Assembly: GCA_036867785.1 (NCBI GenBank)
Contig: CP145418.1
Span: forward strand, 496,001 to 560,000
DNA: 64,000 nucleotides
Direction: 5' to 3'
Source: Plasmodiophora brassicae
Lineage: Eukaryota
This document shows, piece after piece, positions 1 to 11,185 of the stretch. The position numbers and the translations under genes were made by a program. Positions within the stretch are counted from its first letter, which is position 1, and every line of letters starts with the position of its first letter. A model generated the notes under the pieces. The model had not been told where the DNA came from. It did not search any database and was given only the letters and a program-made list of their open reading frames with translations.

Positions 1-267
1 ACGATGCCTAACAAACGTAAACGTAGAAACAAGGGCCTCATGAGTCGGCGATGATGGTGGACGACGACTCCGATCCTGGTTTCCGATATGCAATGCAAGA
101 GAGCTTGAGAATGCGGTAGGACGGATTCAGTAAATCTTCCGATGACGACACACATCGGGTTTCTGTCCTACTCACACGTCAACCAGCCAGTTGACTCACG
201 GGGGCAGGTCAATCAATCTTTCCTAGTTCTTGTTGACGGGCACTCATTCTGCCGGTGTCTCTTTACA

Positions 268-1678
268 ATGGCTCTCGGTTTCAACCCGCACGAACTAACT
301 GACATGATCAAGAACATGGCCTTACCTGCCGCCAAGGCGCAGGCGGCGAACCAGACTCGACAAGCCCAGGAAGAGAAACGGGCTAAGAAGCTCGCCAAAG
401 AGCAGGAGAAGATCAAGTCGAGTCGAGGCGGAGACGTTCGCCCGTCAAACGGCCTCTCATCGAGCGACCTGCCCCCGGCACCACCCGAGTTTCTGCCAAC
501 CAGCAACGGGACCGTCGAACCCGGTTACAGGCTGATCTGGGAGGACCAGTTCAACGGCGACACGTTGGACAGCACGAAATGGCAGATCGAATCCGACTGC
601 AGGCGCCAGGAGTTGCAATGCTACACAGCCAAGCCATGGAACGTCTACGTCGACAAAGGCCGGTTGTTTCTGCACGCCAAAGCTCATCCGGATGGGTTCC
701 GCCCCGACCCTACCGACCCGTGCACGCGATCGGAAGACTGTCTGGCCATTGTTCTCCTCGCAGACCATGCAAGATGCTGACAATGGGTCCTTTTCAGGCA
801 TTGCCAAGAAGCAGTACACGTCGGGGCGTATTAGGACAAAGGGGCGGGCGTCGTGGAGATACGGACGGATTGAGATTCGTGCACGAATGCCGAAGGGCGA
901 GTACCTGTGGCCGACGTTGTGGATGCTGCCCGCCCAGGACGTGCATGGCGACTGGGCAGCGAGCGGTGAGATTGACCTCATCGAGACGACGGGTAACGAT
1001 CCGACCGCGTTCTCGTCGACGATCCACTATGGCGGGGTCCCACCTGACAACAAGTTCGAGAGTTCGGGCGTCCAGTCGCTCGTTAACGACGACAACGAAC
1101 CGGTGGACCTGTCGGCCAAGTTCCATTTGTACCGGTTGGACTGGACGCCGAACCGACTGCAAACGTTCTTTGATGGGCACAAGGTCCTGGATATCGACCT
1201 TGACAGGCGGTTCGGGGACATCTACAAGAAGAACGGGGCGCCGTTCGACGAGGAATTCTACCTGATCATGAACCTGGCGGTCGGTGGCGAGTTCTTCGGG
1301 CCCGACGCAGACAAACTGACGACGAAGACGGCCCTCGCCTGGCAGCGCCCGTTCCTCGAAGTCGATTACGGTATGACTGTGGACCCGTAACGGAACGATT
1401 TCTGCTGATCCCCATACATGCCAACAGTGAGAGTGTTCGAGAAGCTGGCGAACGCGACGTCAATTGCGGACGAATCCGTACAATCATCGGGGTCGAAGAC
1501 ATCAACGCCGTCATCAGTATCGGGGGGATCCAACACGTCGTCAGCAGGGTCCAGGACGTCATCGTCATCAGGGTCTAAAACATCAAGGTCGGGATCGAGA
1601 TCAGGGTCATCATCGGGTTCGTCTCCGAAGCGGTCCTCGAGCATCCAGATGCCTACCGGGAGCAGCGCATCGTCCTGA
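268..1678 (+). CDS. Glycoside hydrolase family 16 beta-1,3-glucanase-like protein with Ser-rich tail
   Basis: Motifs LIWEDQFNGDTLDSTKW, YTSGRIRTK, GEYLWPTLWMLP, catalytic GEIDLIE and FYLIMNLAVGG. Introns 740-797 and 1371-1427 (GT-AG, ctgac/ctgat branch) join three ORF-track frames. The 5' end is uncertain and an upstream exon is possible. Confidence 0.9.
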
Positions 1679-1759
1679 GACCAACACGAGGCTTCTATGA
1701 GAGAAACGAACATCCTAAACAACGTAGATTGTGTATCATGCGCAGTGCAAGTCGCGCGT

Positions 1760-3069
1760 TTAGCTCATCGACACATTCGATTGTTCGGACGTCGGCGCAT
1801 CGTAGCGGACTGGTGCAACTGGCTCCAATCGCGTTGGATCAATGATGTCGTCTCGACTCTCGATGAGAAGAATCTCCTTACGCCCGGCTGCGCGAGTCCT
1901 TTCCAGGACCTGCCGAACCGTTGCCAACCTGTGCATATCAGATATTCAATCGTCGGTCAGCAGTAAACAACCAAAGTGCCAAATACGAACGTCAGTGATA
2001 TTGCATCCGGTGCAGGATGCGTTCGCAGGTGTGCTAGGCACAATGCGGAGAACAGGTCACCCGTGCCTGAATACGTTTGCGGTATTCGGGCCACTGAGTA
2101 TTTCCACTGTCCAACATTGACGACAGACAGAAATCTGACGCAAACATGTCAACCACGACGCCACTCTCCAGACAAGCGAGTATCGCAGACACTTCGATCG
2201 TCCCGGGCGCACTGGCCAGTTCAATGCTCGTGATGACGACGACCTTCGGGCCCAAATCATGCAGGGCCTGACAGGCCCGGGCGGCATCCCCCAAGGTCCT
2301 TATCTTCACGCCCGTCAGGAACTCGGCTTCAGTCTGATTGGGCAGTAACACGTCTGCATGCGGGATTATCTAACGAATACATTGGCTGGTGTCGAATACC
2401 AATTCGTCAAACACCAGAAAACCTTATCTCTGTAGACGGCAACGTATCCTTCAGCGACATCTAGAGAGCTTAGGCCCAGATCTCCGACTCAAAGCACATC
2501 CCGCTTACATAGTTTCCCCTGGTCGCCCAGAACCGGGTCGCACACGAATTGCAGAGCCGGGTTTGTGGCCTTCAGGTTCCGCATCAGGGATAGTACCGAC
2601 TGCAGGAACGATTCGGTGCCAATGTACCCTGCCAGAGTCCGCCAGTCAATCGAATCGCATACAGTGCAGTGCCAGGACCGATAGCTGTACCAGTCATCAG
2701 GTAGTCGTAGGCGAGCAGCTGATTGGATTCCAGGCCGCGCACGAGCTCGTCCAGATGCTCGCCTTGGAGGCGCTGCCCCGTCCACTTGGCGTATCCAGTA
2801 TGGTTCGATAACTGCACCGAGTTGATCGGGTCGACATCTAGACAACACGCGATCAGACGCCTGGCTGGCCGGGTCCGCCCTGCTGTGACCACTACCGAAC
2901 CCCAGCACCTGCAGCGGGAACATCGCTGCCTGGCAGGGGCCCCCCCACAGCAACAACGTCACACAACTGCGGGCACCCCGATACCCTCCAGGCCGACACC
3001 GACCTTATTGCCGACGTACCCATGGACAACCGATGACTGAATACTGAGGATACGCGCCGTCCCCCTCAT
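1760..3069 (-). CDS. pdxK: Pyridoxal kinase (PdxK/PdxY, ribokinase family), multi-exon
   Basis: ILSIQSSVVHGYVGNK, AMFPLQVLG, INSVQLSNHTGY, FVCDPVLGD, LPNQTEAEFLTG and the GTGDLF anion-hole motif are spread over exons. Confidence 0.92.
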
Positions 3070-3346
3070 GTGTGGCCCGCGTCCCCGCGAAACACCGCCA
3101 CGCCGGGCCTTGGTCTCCGACGACGAACGCAGCCGGCAACAGGTGGTTTTGCCGCTGCGGTGCAGTTCGGGGCAGTGGCGCCCACCGCCGCCTGCTCGGC
3201 ATCCCCGACTGACTGCAACGGGCTGCATGGAGCGCCGGACGACTACCTACACTCGTGCCCTACATAGGCAGGGCAGCCATTGCGCGCGCCCTTCGGTCTG
3301 TCCAGGCAGGGGGCCAGTTGCAGCACACGCGTAACGGATGCGCGCC

Positions 3347-6143
3347 CTATGGGTTGAGCAGCGCCCGCGTTTCCTGTTTGATGTGCCGGTGCATCTCGAT
3401 CCGCAGGTCCTCGACGATGACGGAGCAGAGCACGTCGCGGAAGAAGGCGTTGGCGCGCGCCAGGACCTCGCCGAGGCCGTCGACCAGCTCGTCCGGGGAC
3501 GCTTGCGCGCCGCGGTTGTTCAACGCGATCGCCATCGATACAATCTCCCGTACCATCTGGTTGTAGTCGGTTGGATCCGACCTGAATTCGTAGTCAATCC
3601 CTAGCCGACGTTCTTGTTCCCGGGCATACGATTACACTTTCTGGCTGGCCGACGTCGCCCTGGTGGCCTTCTTCACCACGGAGTGACCTGGCTGGGGGAT
3701 CAGAACGAGCACAAGGGCCATGAGGGGATCGTTCACACCGTATTTCTTGATCTTGGCTCCCAGCTTCTCCATGTTCGTCCTGGTCAGTTTGATCGGCTTC
3801 TTCACAGCATGAATATCTGCACATATGTGCGTTTCACTTTCGGGACAGGCGATGCCAGAGCGGTCGGACGCCTTACACGGGATGTGCTGCGACATTGTCG
3901 TCTGAATCTGGTCTAGGGCCACGACGAGGACCTCCAGTGCCTGAACAAGGTTCGCGTCAGAAACCTGTCTACAGTGGGCTCTTTCACCTTGTTCGACCTT
4001 GGCTTCTGCCAGGGCCGGGTCGTCGTCGGCCTCCAGGAGTTCCAGTTTTTCTCTGAGAATAGCGAAGTTCTCCTTCTTGACGCCGTACGCCAGCAGCTTG
4101 GCCCCTGCGTTCTGCGACCACAGCGACGACGGTATCTGGCAGCACGGTTGTCAGCATCGCCGTTCCGTCATTGTGGACGACGCGTACAAAGAGTTCACCC
4201 GTGAACGACGCACCGTGCTCCATGGATTCAGCCAGCAGCAGTAACAGGGGCAGAACGTCGTTCCCATTGTTCCTCATCGACAACCCGTCGCCCATCGATG
4301 GAAGTGCCGCGTTGGCTGCGACCAGGCAATCGGCAAGATCCGCCTTGACGCCATCCTGATTCACAGGCGGATGCCGTTGCCCAGCGGCGGAACTGAATCC
4401 TGTTGCACAGCAGTGTCAGGAGCGCCGTTGTGGGGTCACTACCACGACACGTACCTAGTCGAATCTTTTGCAATTCGTCCTCGAGCTGGATGGCCTGGGC
4501 TTCCCTGGGAAGGCACTCAGTCGGCGACCTGGCGAACAGGTTCGTCGCTGTCTGCGAAGTCGTCCTGCGAAACCGTGGCGCATGCGGGGACGGCGACACG
4601 GACGATCGTGCCGTCGACAGGCGTACGTTGGCGGTCGGCATCCTGGTCCGGCAACGTCAAACAGGAGCAATAGCTGGCAGGGTGTCGGTCTTTGCCTACC
4701 TCGCGTTATCCGATGCGGGCATGGCAGTCACTTTGTTGACAAGGTTGTGGGTGGTATCCGCGTTCTGTAACGGGGACTGTTAACCATGGTCAGACATGGC
4801 AACGGGCGTGCTGACCTCAATGATGCCGTGGCAGTGCTGAAGGACGGCGTTGAGGATATCGGTTTGCATCTTGGACTTTAGCCGAAACACGAACTGACGA
4901 TCAGTCGTCCCGATCGACAACTGTTTCGAGGACGTCTTGAAGGCCGGGCTGCCAAGTAGGTCGATGGAGTTTAACGGCATGTCGGCGGTCACGTCGCGGT
5001 ACACATAAAGGAAATGGCCGCTGACAATCAGATGCCTGGCGGGGTCGCATTGTCAAATGACACGTGTCATGCTACTGAGCAGCTCCACGACATGCCTTAA
5101 CGACCAGGTGACCTTGCCCTTCTTGTGCGCGAATCCTTTGAACGTGACGATGTTGTCGCCCAGCGAGTCGATCGGTTTGATGTTGAACGCGCATTGCTTC
5201 TTGCGGATCTGGTTGACGAGCTGGACGACCTGCCTGCCTTCTGCCTCCCGAATCATCATGACGTCGGCCTGCATACTAAACGACTTGAACTGGATCGATA
5301 TGCAACTGATCATCGTTCGTCAGTATCGCAGGGCAACCAGCCGCGTTAAGATGTACCTCGGGTGGTCGGCATTCACGCTAGCATTTAGTAGATCGTCGAA
5401 GGGTCGCGAGAACTCATACGTTTGGCTTTCGTCGCCTTTGCAGTATAGTCGCAGAGTTTGCGATTCACAGTTGATCGCCAGGAAATGGCTCAGTGGTTTC
5501 TCCATGATATGCTCCAAACGCTCTACCGTTACTGCAATGCCGAACGCGCCGATCTGAAGAGTCATCGTCAGCACATGTTTCGGCGTACTTGCACGCCGGG
5601 AACCTTCAGGGTGATGACATCCGTTGGCTGAAGAGCCGTATCGATCAACGCGGACGAATCGCCGTTGAATTTGCCTGGGTCGGCAACGTTCACCTTGTCG
5701 CTGTAGGACGCCACATGGGCCACCAGAGAGCCTTCACACTAATCATAAACATGACGCCATGGCATAACTTCTTCATCGTCGTGAAACCTATCGAGTGAAA
5801 CGACGTTGCGCAGGCGCCACAGAATATCAGGCTGCAAGTTGGGCAGAAGAGGACGGACGGCCTGCCTCGGTTCAGCCCTAGACATCCCATTCGGTCGCTG
5901 TAGTCTGTACCTGTTATCGCAGTAGGAACAGGGGGCACCGACGCGCATAAGGAGCGGGCTGCTGGCAGCATCGGCATCGCTTGGCACGAGCTTGAACGTG
6001 TGCACGGCCAGCGTCCCTCGTCGATGCCGATCCTGTGCACACTGCAGGCAGAGGGACGCCTCGCACTGGGCGCACTCGACCACGGCGCCCGGATGACGAC
6101 AGGACGCACAGTCCAAGGCCCTTTGGGTCGACGACGACAGCAT
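3347..6143 (-). CDS. B-box zinc finger(s) + PH-like domain protein, multi-exon; may be two genes
   Basis: CASC..CAQCEASLCLQCAQDRH..H and CSYC..FCPTCSLIFCGACATSFH are B-box patterns. KGFAHKKGKVTWSLRH..FLYVYRD..PLNSIDL is PH-like. The 3' helical exons are unassigned. Confidence 0.6.
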
Positions 6144-6348
6144 TCGTACCCCCACGGGGGACCAGGGCAGCGCTGTGTGACGGCCTCGGATTCCTCCAGC
6201 CACCCGCCCTGTCCCAGCGCAGATTGCTCACTTGGCCATCACTGCGACATGGACCAGGCGAACGGTTGACGAGGTGGTCGTGTTCCTGTCCCCCCCGCCA
6301 GGTAGCAGCTGCCCACTGGGAATATTTTGTCCGTGGTGGTGGGTGCCG

Positions 6349-7257
6349 ATGGCACCGATGGGCGACAAGGACGTGCAGGCGGCGTCGGCGGCGGCGGCGT
6401 CATGGCTCGAGGCACGGGCTGATGACGCCCGGCCGAAGCGCAGCGCGACATCGGTCGTGAACCGGGTCAACCAGGTCGATGCCGTCGAGCTGGACGCCGA
6501 ACTCGATCGGTATATCCACGGGCAGCTGACGACGACCCTGTCGCCGATTGCCCCGTCGGTCGTCCAGCGGTTCACGCCCGAGATCGATGCGATCGTTCGC
6601 GGGATTGTGTTCGCGTTCACGATCGGCGCGGGTGTCCCGTCGCCTGGGAACCAACTGCAGAACCTGGAATACGCGCCCATGTCGCGAACCGCCCGGGTCT
6701 GTCACGGCCTGCTGACGGTCATCTTCCCCTGGGTCTTCGCCAGAGCGCAGCATCATGCACCGGCACGCATCGCCGACCGCGTCCACATTCTCCTGCGGGT
6801 CGCCATCATCGTCAACCGCATCGCGTTCCTGTACGGAAGCGTCTACCGGTCGGTGACGGATCGGATCGTCGGCGCCCAGTTGCGGTACCGACGGCCACGC
6901 GTCCAGCGCCAGCTGACGTTCGACTTCATGAACCAGGAACTGGTCTGGACAGGCGCCAGCGAGTTCCTCCTGTTCATCGTCCCGCTGCTCAACACCAGCG
7001 CGCTGCGCTCGCTGATGCGGAAGGCGTTCGGCAAGAGCACGACGGTGAAGTCCGGCGACGACGGCTCCTGTGGCGTGTGCGGCGCGCATCCGATCACCGT
7101 CCCCGTCATGTCGTCGTGCAACCACCTGTTCTGCTATTACTGCCTGCGCGCGTCCCGTATGGCGCCCGACTTCAAGTGCCCCGTCTGCGACAGCGAAATC
7201 ACGTCGCAGTCCATGGTGACCGATCGCAACCGAACGGTCCTTGGCGTAGCAGGATAA
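6349..7257 (+). CDS. PEX2: Peroxin-2 (Pex2/Pex12 domain + C-terminal RING)
   Basis: RVNQVDAVELDAEL, SPGNQLQNLEY, FDFMNQELVWTG, and RING CGVC..CNHLFCYYC..CPVC. Intronless. Confidence 0.9.
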   Translation: MAPMGDKDVQAASAAAASWLEARADDARPKRSATSVVNRVNQVDAVELDAELDRYIHGQLTTTLSPIAPSVVQRFTPEIDAIVRGIVFAFTIGAGVPSPGNQLQNLEYAPMSRTARVCHGLLTVIFPWVFARAQHHAPARIADRVHILLRVAIIVNRIAFLYGSVYRSVTDRIVGAQLRYRRPRVQRQLTFDFMNQELVWTGASEFLLFIVPLLNTSALRSLMRKAFGKSTTVKSGDDGSCGVCGAHPITVPVMSSCNHLFCYYCLRASRMAPDFKCPVCDSEITSQSMVTDRNRTVLGVAG

Positions 7258-8326
7258 ACACGTTCACGTCGTAATAGCGTAATTGAAATCAGAAGCGTCG
7301 TTGCGGCCGGCGTGACAACAGGCCTGTACTTGTAGCTAAAGTTCAGAGTCGTTCGTCCGCGACTTCCGTCTCGATCTCTTCCAGACAACCGGGGGACGTC
7401 TACACCGACTTCGTCGGCAAATCATCCGGCTTCACGTCCAGAAGAAGTTCGGTCGCCGCCGCGTCGCCTGTTGATAGAGGACGCTTCGTGGCAATTCTGC
7501 ACTTAGTGCAGAATTGTGCTCTCTAGCAACGGCCCAGACTCATCGATACCAGGACGAGTTCCTAGTCCGAGAGCCTTGAACAATACCACATGCAGAAACG
7601 ACTGGAAAACATACCGTATCAGTGGCGTGCCACAACGGTTTGTCGGATATGAAGGCAAGGCCTGACGCAAGAGATGTGACTGTCCGCGCCATAGGCAGGA
7701 AGCAGAAATTCTTGACGACAGGCCAGGTTGGCTCGCAGAGATCAGATGCATCAAGGCGTCTCAGACGTTATGTGTCGTCGCCGCACAATGTACCGCATCA
7801 AGTTCTGACCCTGACAGGAAACGCGGAAGCAACCGAGCAATGCTAACAGCAATCATGCACAAAGTAGACCACTGTGCGCACGGTCTAGCCATGGTTGATC
7901 ATCAGGGCGCAGGTCTGCTGGAGAACGAGTCGGCGGTATTTACCATCCATGAATGATCCACCGGCAGTGCCAAACGAGCCTGCCAGGCGTTCTGCGCACT
8001 CCCACCAACTTTCAGTTTGACTTAGCGAAATCAGCCAATCTGGCCAAGCTGCGCTACGCTCTTCGCGATACGAGAGGAGCGGTGGCACGTGTGCCAGCGC
8101 AGACAGCCTAGCTGCCTCTCAATTTATCACTGCCCTTTCCAGCGGTACGCCTGTTTCCAGCTGACGGTGGCCGATCTCTCAATGAACATCCTCTAATCGG
8201 CACTCATGTCCGCGTCTCCTAAGAGCATATCCACCCGTTGAATTCGTTTCCCACCCGTTGTACCTAAACCTAACCGTTTAGGTAAAGTCATTAAACTGGA
8301 CCACGCGGTACCCGACGCAGTCGAAA

Positions 8327-9125
8327 TGAGCGGGACCCCGTCGGAGGCGACAACCCTTGTCGTCGAGGCAAGCAGACAGGGGCCAAGAACTTCACGACCG
8401 CTGAAGACGTTCTAATCGCCAGGGCCTACCGGACGACTACGACGGATGCCTCTGGTGGGGCGGACCAGGACGGCGACACGTTTTATCGTCGTGTTGCCGA
8501 GCATTTCCACGAACTGATTAAGGACACTTTAGGACTTTGTGCAGATACGATCCTGGGAGAGCATTCGTTCCCGATGGTTGAATGCCATTCACGTCAGGCG
8601 TGACTGGTTCACCGCGAACTTCGGGAGACTGCGAACCTCCGCCCACGCAAGGTCGAACATGAATCGCTTCTTGCCGCTGCCCACGTAGTAGCAATTCTTG
8701 GCAAGATCCGTGTAGTTCTCCAACTTCCACAAGGAGTGTTCCTCGTTCAGGGCTTTCTCCATGCACTCGACGAACTTGTTAATGCTCTTCCGCCTAAACA
8801 CTGGCATTTTAGCATATGGGACTAGTCGTTCGGGGCTCGCTGCGCTTCGCCCGCTCCCTCCTAGGTGCAACCTCCTCCACCAACCCCGTTGAGCGCAACC
8901 CCTTGCAGGTTACGTGCCCGATCACGCCACTCGGTTTAGTGGTGTGGATTAAAACGGTAACGAAAGTTGAGGCCACGGCTTGATCAACGAGTTCGTCGGG
9001 TGCATGGAGAAAGCCCTGAACGAGGAACACTCCGGGTGGAAGATGGAGAACTACGCGGATCTTGCCAAGAATTACTACTATGTGGGCAAGCGGCAAGAAG
9101 CGATTCATGTTCGACCTTGCATCTC
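8327..9125. mobile_element. Rearranged remnants of a PIF/Harbinger-type Myb/SANT-like (NAM-associated) ORF
   Basis: Plus strand 8380-8590 reads NFTTAEDVLIARAY..TDASGGADQDGDTFYRRVAEHF..RSWESIRSRWLNAI (frameshifted). The expected continuation INKFVECMEKALNEEHS..DLAKNCY..KKRFMFDLAWAEVRSLPKF lies on the minus strand at 8790-8590. A second, diverged copy of that segment is on the plus strand at 8982-9125. Confidence 0.7.
8821..8852 (-). mobile_element. Helitron-like 3' terminus (GC hairpin + CTAG|T)
   Basis: The minus strand reads GGGCGAAGCGCAGCGAGCCC (imperfect hairpin), then CGAACGA, CTAG, T. This is the canonical Helitron 3'-end layout. Confidence 0.45.
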
Positions 9126-10191
9126 GGGCGACGACGCGCATACGGTGGCATCCTGGATCACGAATCACATCCCGTGCACGAACGCCCAATGCATTGGGTC
9201 CAGCGACCGCAACCTCTCGGCCAGGCACGGTACGGTGCAATATATTGCTCAGGCCCATCATCGACTGGCGCATTCGGGCGCTGCATTCAGCAGAGCCGAC
9301 ACTGGGGTCGGTATCGATTGCGTGGTATTCGAGCTGAACGACTATGCTCAGCTGACGGCGCCACACGCCCGTGAAGAGGATCGTCTCGACGGATGCCGGA
9401 CCCGCAATCGACCCGACGTTCTGACTGACCGAGCGCCAGGTACGCTGGATGGACGCCCTCGACACAAGGATGAGGAAAACTACCACGCTCGAGCCGCGGT
9501 GGAAGCAGTTGAACGTGTAATTAATGATCCCGCACCGGCCGAGTTCCTGGGCGTCGTGTCCGGAAGAACGCTGTGATTGCCGGTCCGGTGGATGGAGTCT
9601 CGAACCCGGTCGAGAGAAGCGCCGAGAGCGGCAACGACGAAGACGCTGCAAAGACCAGGGACGCCGCCATCAGTAACGTCGACGGAGGATGCAGCCGCAT
9701 GCCCAAGCCGACCCAGCCAACCGTGGCCGTCGCCGCCGGCAAGCTCAACGGCAGACGTCGATGACAATGATGCCGGGCAACGTCCTGCTGGTGCATTGCC
9801 AACCCCGGCAACGTGTCGATCGAGGCGGATTCCGCCACAGAGCGGGGAGCACCTCTGCTGCCCTGCGACGACATGCCGATGTGTGCAGCGTCGCCCGGCC
9901 ATGACCAGTAGCCGATGGAATGCGCACAGCGGCGCCGCCTCAGAGCGCCGCGCGCGGTCATGGCGCTGTCCCTGTCATTCTCTTGTTTCGCCTGGTCTGC
10001 CCAACACCCTGCCCGTAAGTATCGCCGAGGTTTCTATGACGCGTAAGCCACGTATTCATATGAATACATCTCCAGAAGGTCCGTCCTGAGCCCCTAGGCG
10101 ATAAGAACAGGGCAGGGCAGAACAGGCGAGGCAGGAGAGTGGCGGCGAATACATTCCCGGTGGGGCGCCAAGACAGCGCCGCCACCCTCCG

Positions 10192-11085
10192 ATGCGGCTA
10201 TTTGTAGAAATCGGTCGGCCCACCCGGCGGCCGATGATGATGATGGCGACGGGTGTCGACCGCGCCTTGACATCGACGCTGTACCGGCTCGACTGGGTCT
10301 GGCTGACACGAATCTGGTTCCCCATGTCGTACGTCTTCGGGTGCCCGCTGTTCCTGCCATTGATCCCGATCATTGGCGTTGCTCTGACACAGCCCGTCCC
10401 GCCTGCGTTCCCGTGGGTAGGCGTAGCCCCGGTGCTCATCGCCTGGATCGGCGTATCGTATTGCCTGTACCGCGAATGGATCCCTGGCACGGTCCCGTAC
10501 GATGTGTCGTGGGCGCTGATCGCGCTGGCGTACACGGGCACGTGCTCCGTCGCGATGCTGACGTCGGACGCGTTGCATGCCCAGGTCGGGTACATGCTGG
10601 CCTGGCTGCTGACATCGGCTCTGGCCGTGTTCCCGTTGAAGCAGATCGTCAGGCGCGGGCGCCCGTTCTCCACCATGCATCACGGGTTCCCTGTGGCATC
10701 GAAGCGTCGTCATGTGTTCGCTCTGCACGCTGTCGACGACACGCACTCGTCGTTTCCATCGGGTGACGCCGCCGGGGCCGCTGTCGCTGTCATGTGGTTC
10801 CATTCCTACTGGCCTGTCTACGACTGGCGAGTCGCCGCCCTCCTGGCGCTCGTGCTCGGCCTGGCCCGAGTGTGGTTCGGCGTGCATTACTGCTCCGACG
10901 TCGTGGCGGGGTGCACGATTGGCACGACGTTCGCGACCTGCCTGCACTCCATTTGGGCCAACGTTCCCAGGCATCACGCGCCCGCGATCATGTGCGGGTT
11001 GGCGATAGCGGCGTTCCCCATCAATTACGTTCGCCTGCGGATCAAGCAGTCGACGTCCGAATCTCTCAAGGCGCGATCGTTGTAA
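10192..11085 (+). CDS. PAP2/haloperoxidase-family membrane phosphatase (variant C2 motif)
   Basis: C1 KQIVRRGRP, C2 SFPSGD (normally PSGH), C3 ARVWFGVHYCSDVVAG, plus multiple hydrophobic helices. Intronless; the start could be 10234. Confidence 0.82.
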   Translation: MRLFVEIGRPTRRPMMMMATGVDRALTSTLYRLDWVWLTRIWFPMSYVFGCPLFLPLIPIIGVALTQPVPPAFPWVGVAPVLIAWIGVSYCLYREWIPGTVPYDVSWALIALAYTGTCSVAMLTSDALHAQVGYMLAWLLTSALAVFPLKQIVRRGRPFSTMHHGFPVASKRRHVFALHAVDDTHSSFPSGDAAGAAVAVMWFHSYWPVYDWRVAALLALVLGLARVWFGVHYCSDVVAGCTIGTTFATCLHSIWANVPRHHAPAIMCGLAIAAFPINYVRLRIKQSTSESLKARSL

Positions 11086-11185
11086 AGCCCAGTCTGCACG
11101 CGATGGACATTGTGAGCGGAAGGCTGTTGATGGACTTTATCATAGAAAGTGTGCTCGCGTCATGTCACGATGTTTGGTTTGTCGC

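Noticed and set aside
3700-4110. Globin-like phrases GAKLLAYGVKKENF and LGAKIKKYGV in the B-box/PH gene
   Set aside because: There is no proximal His, and the second phrase probably runs into an intron (gtgtga..ctgat..cag). The similarity is too weak.
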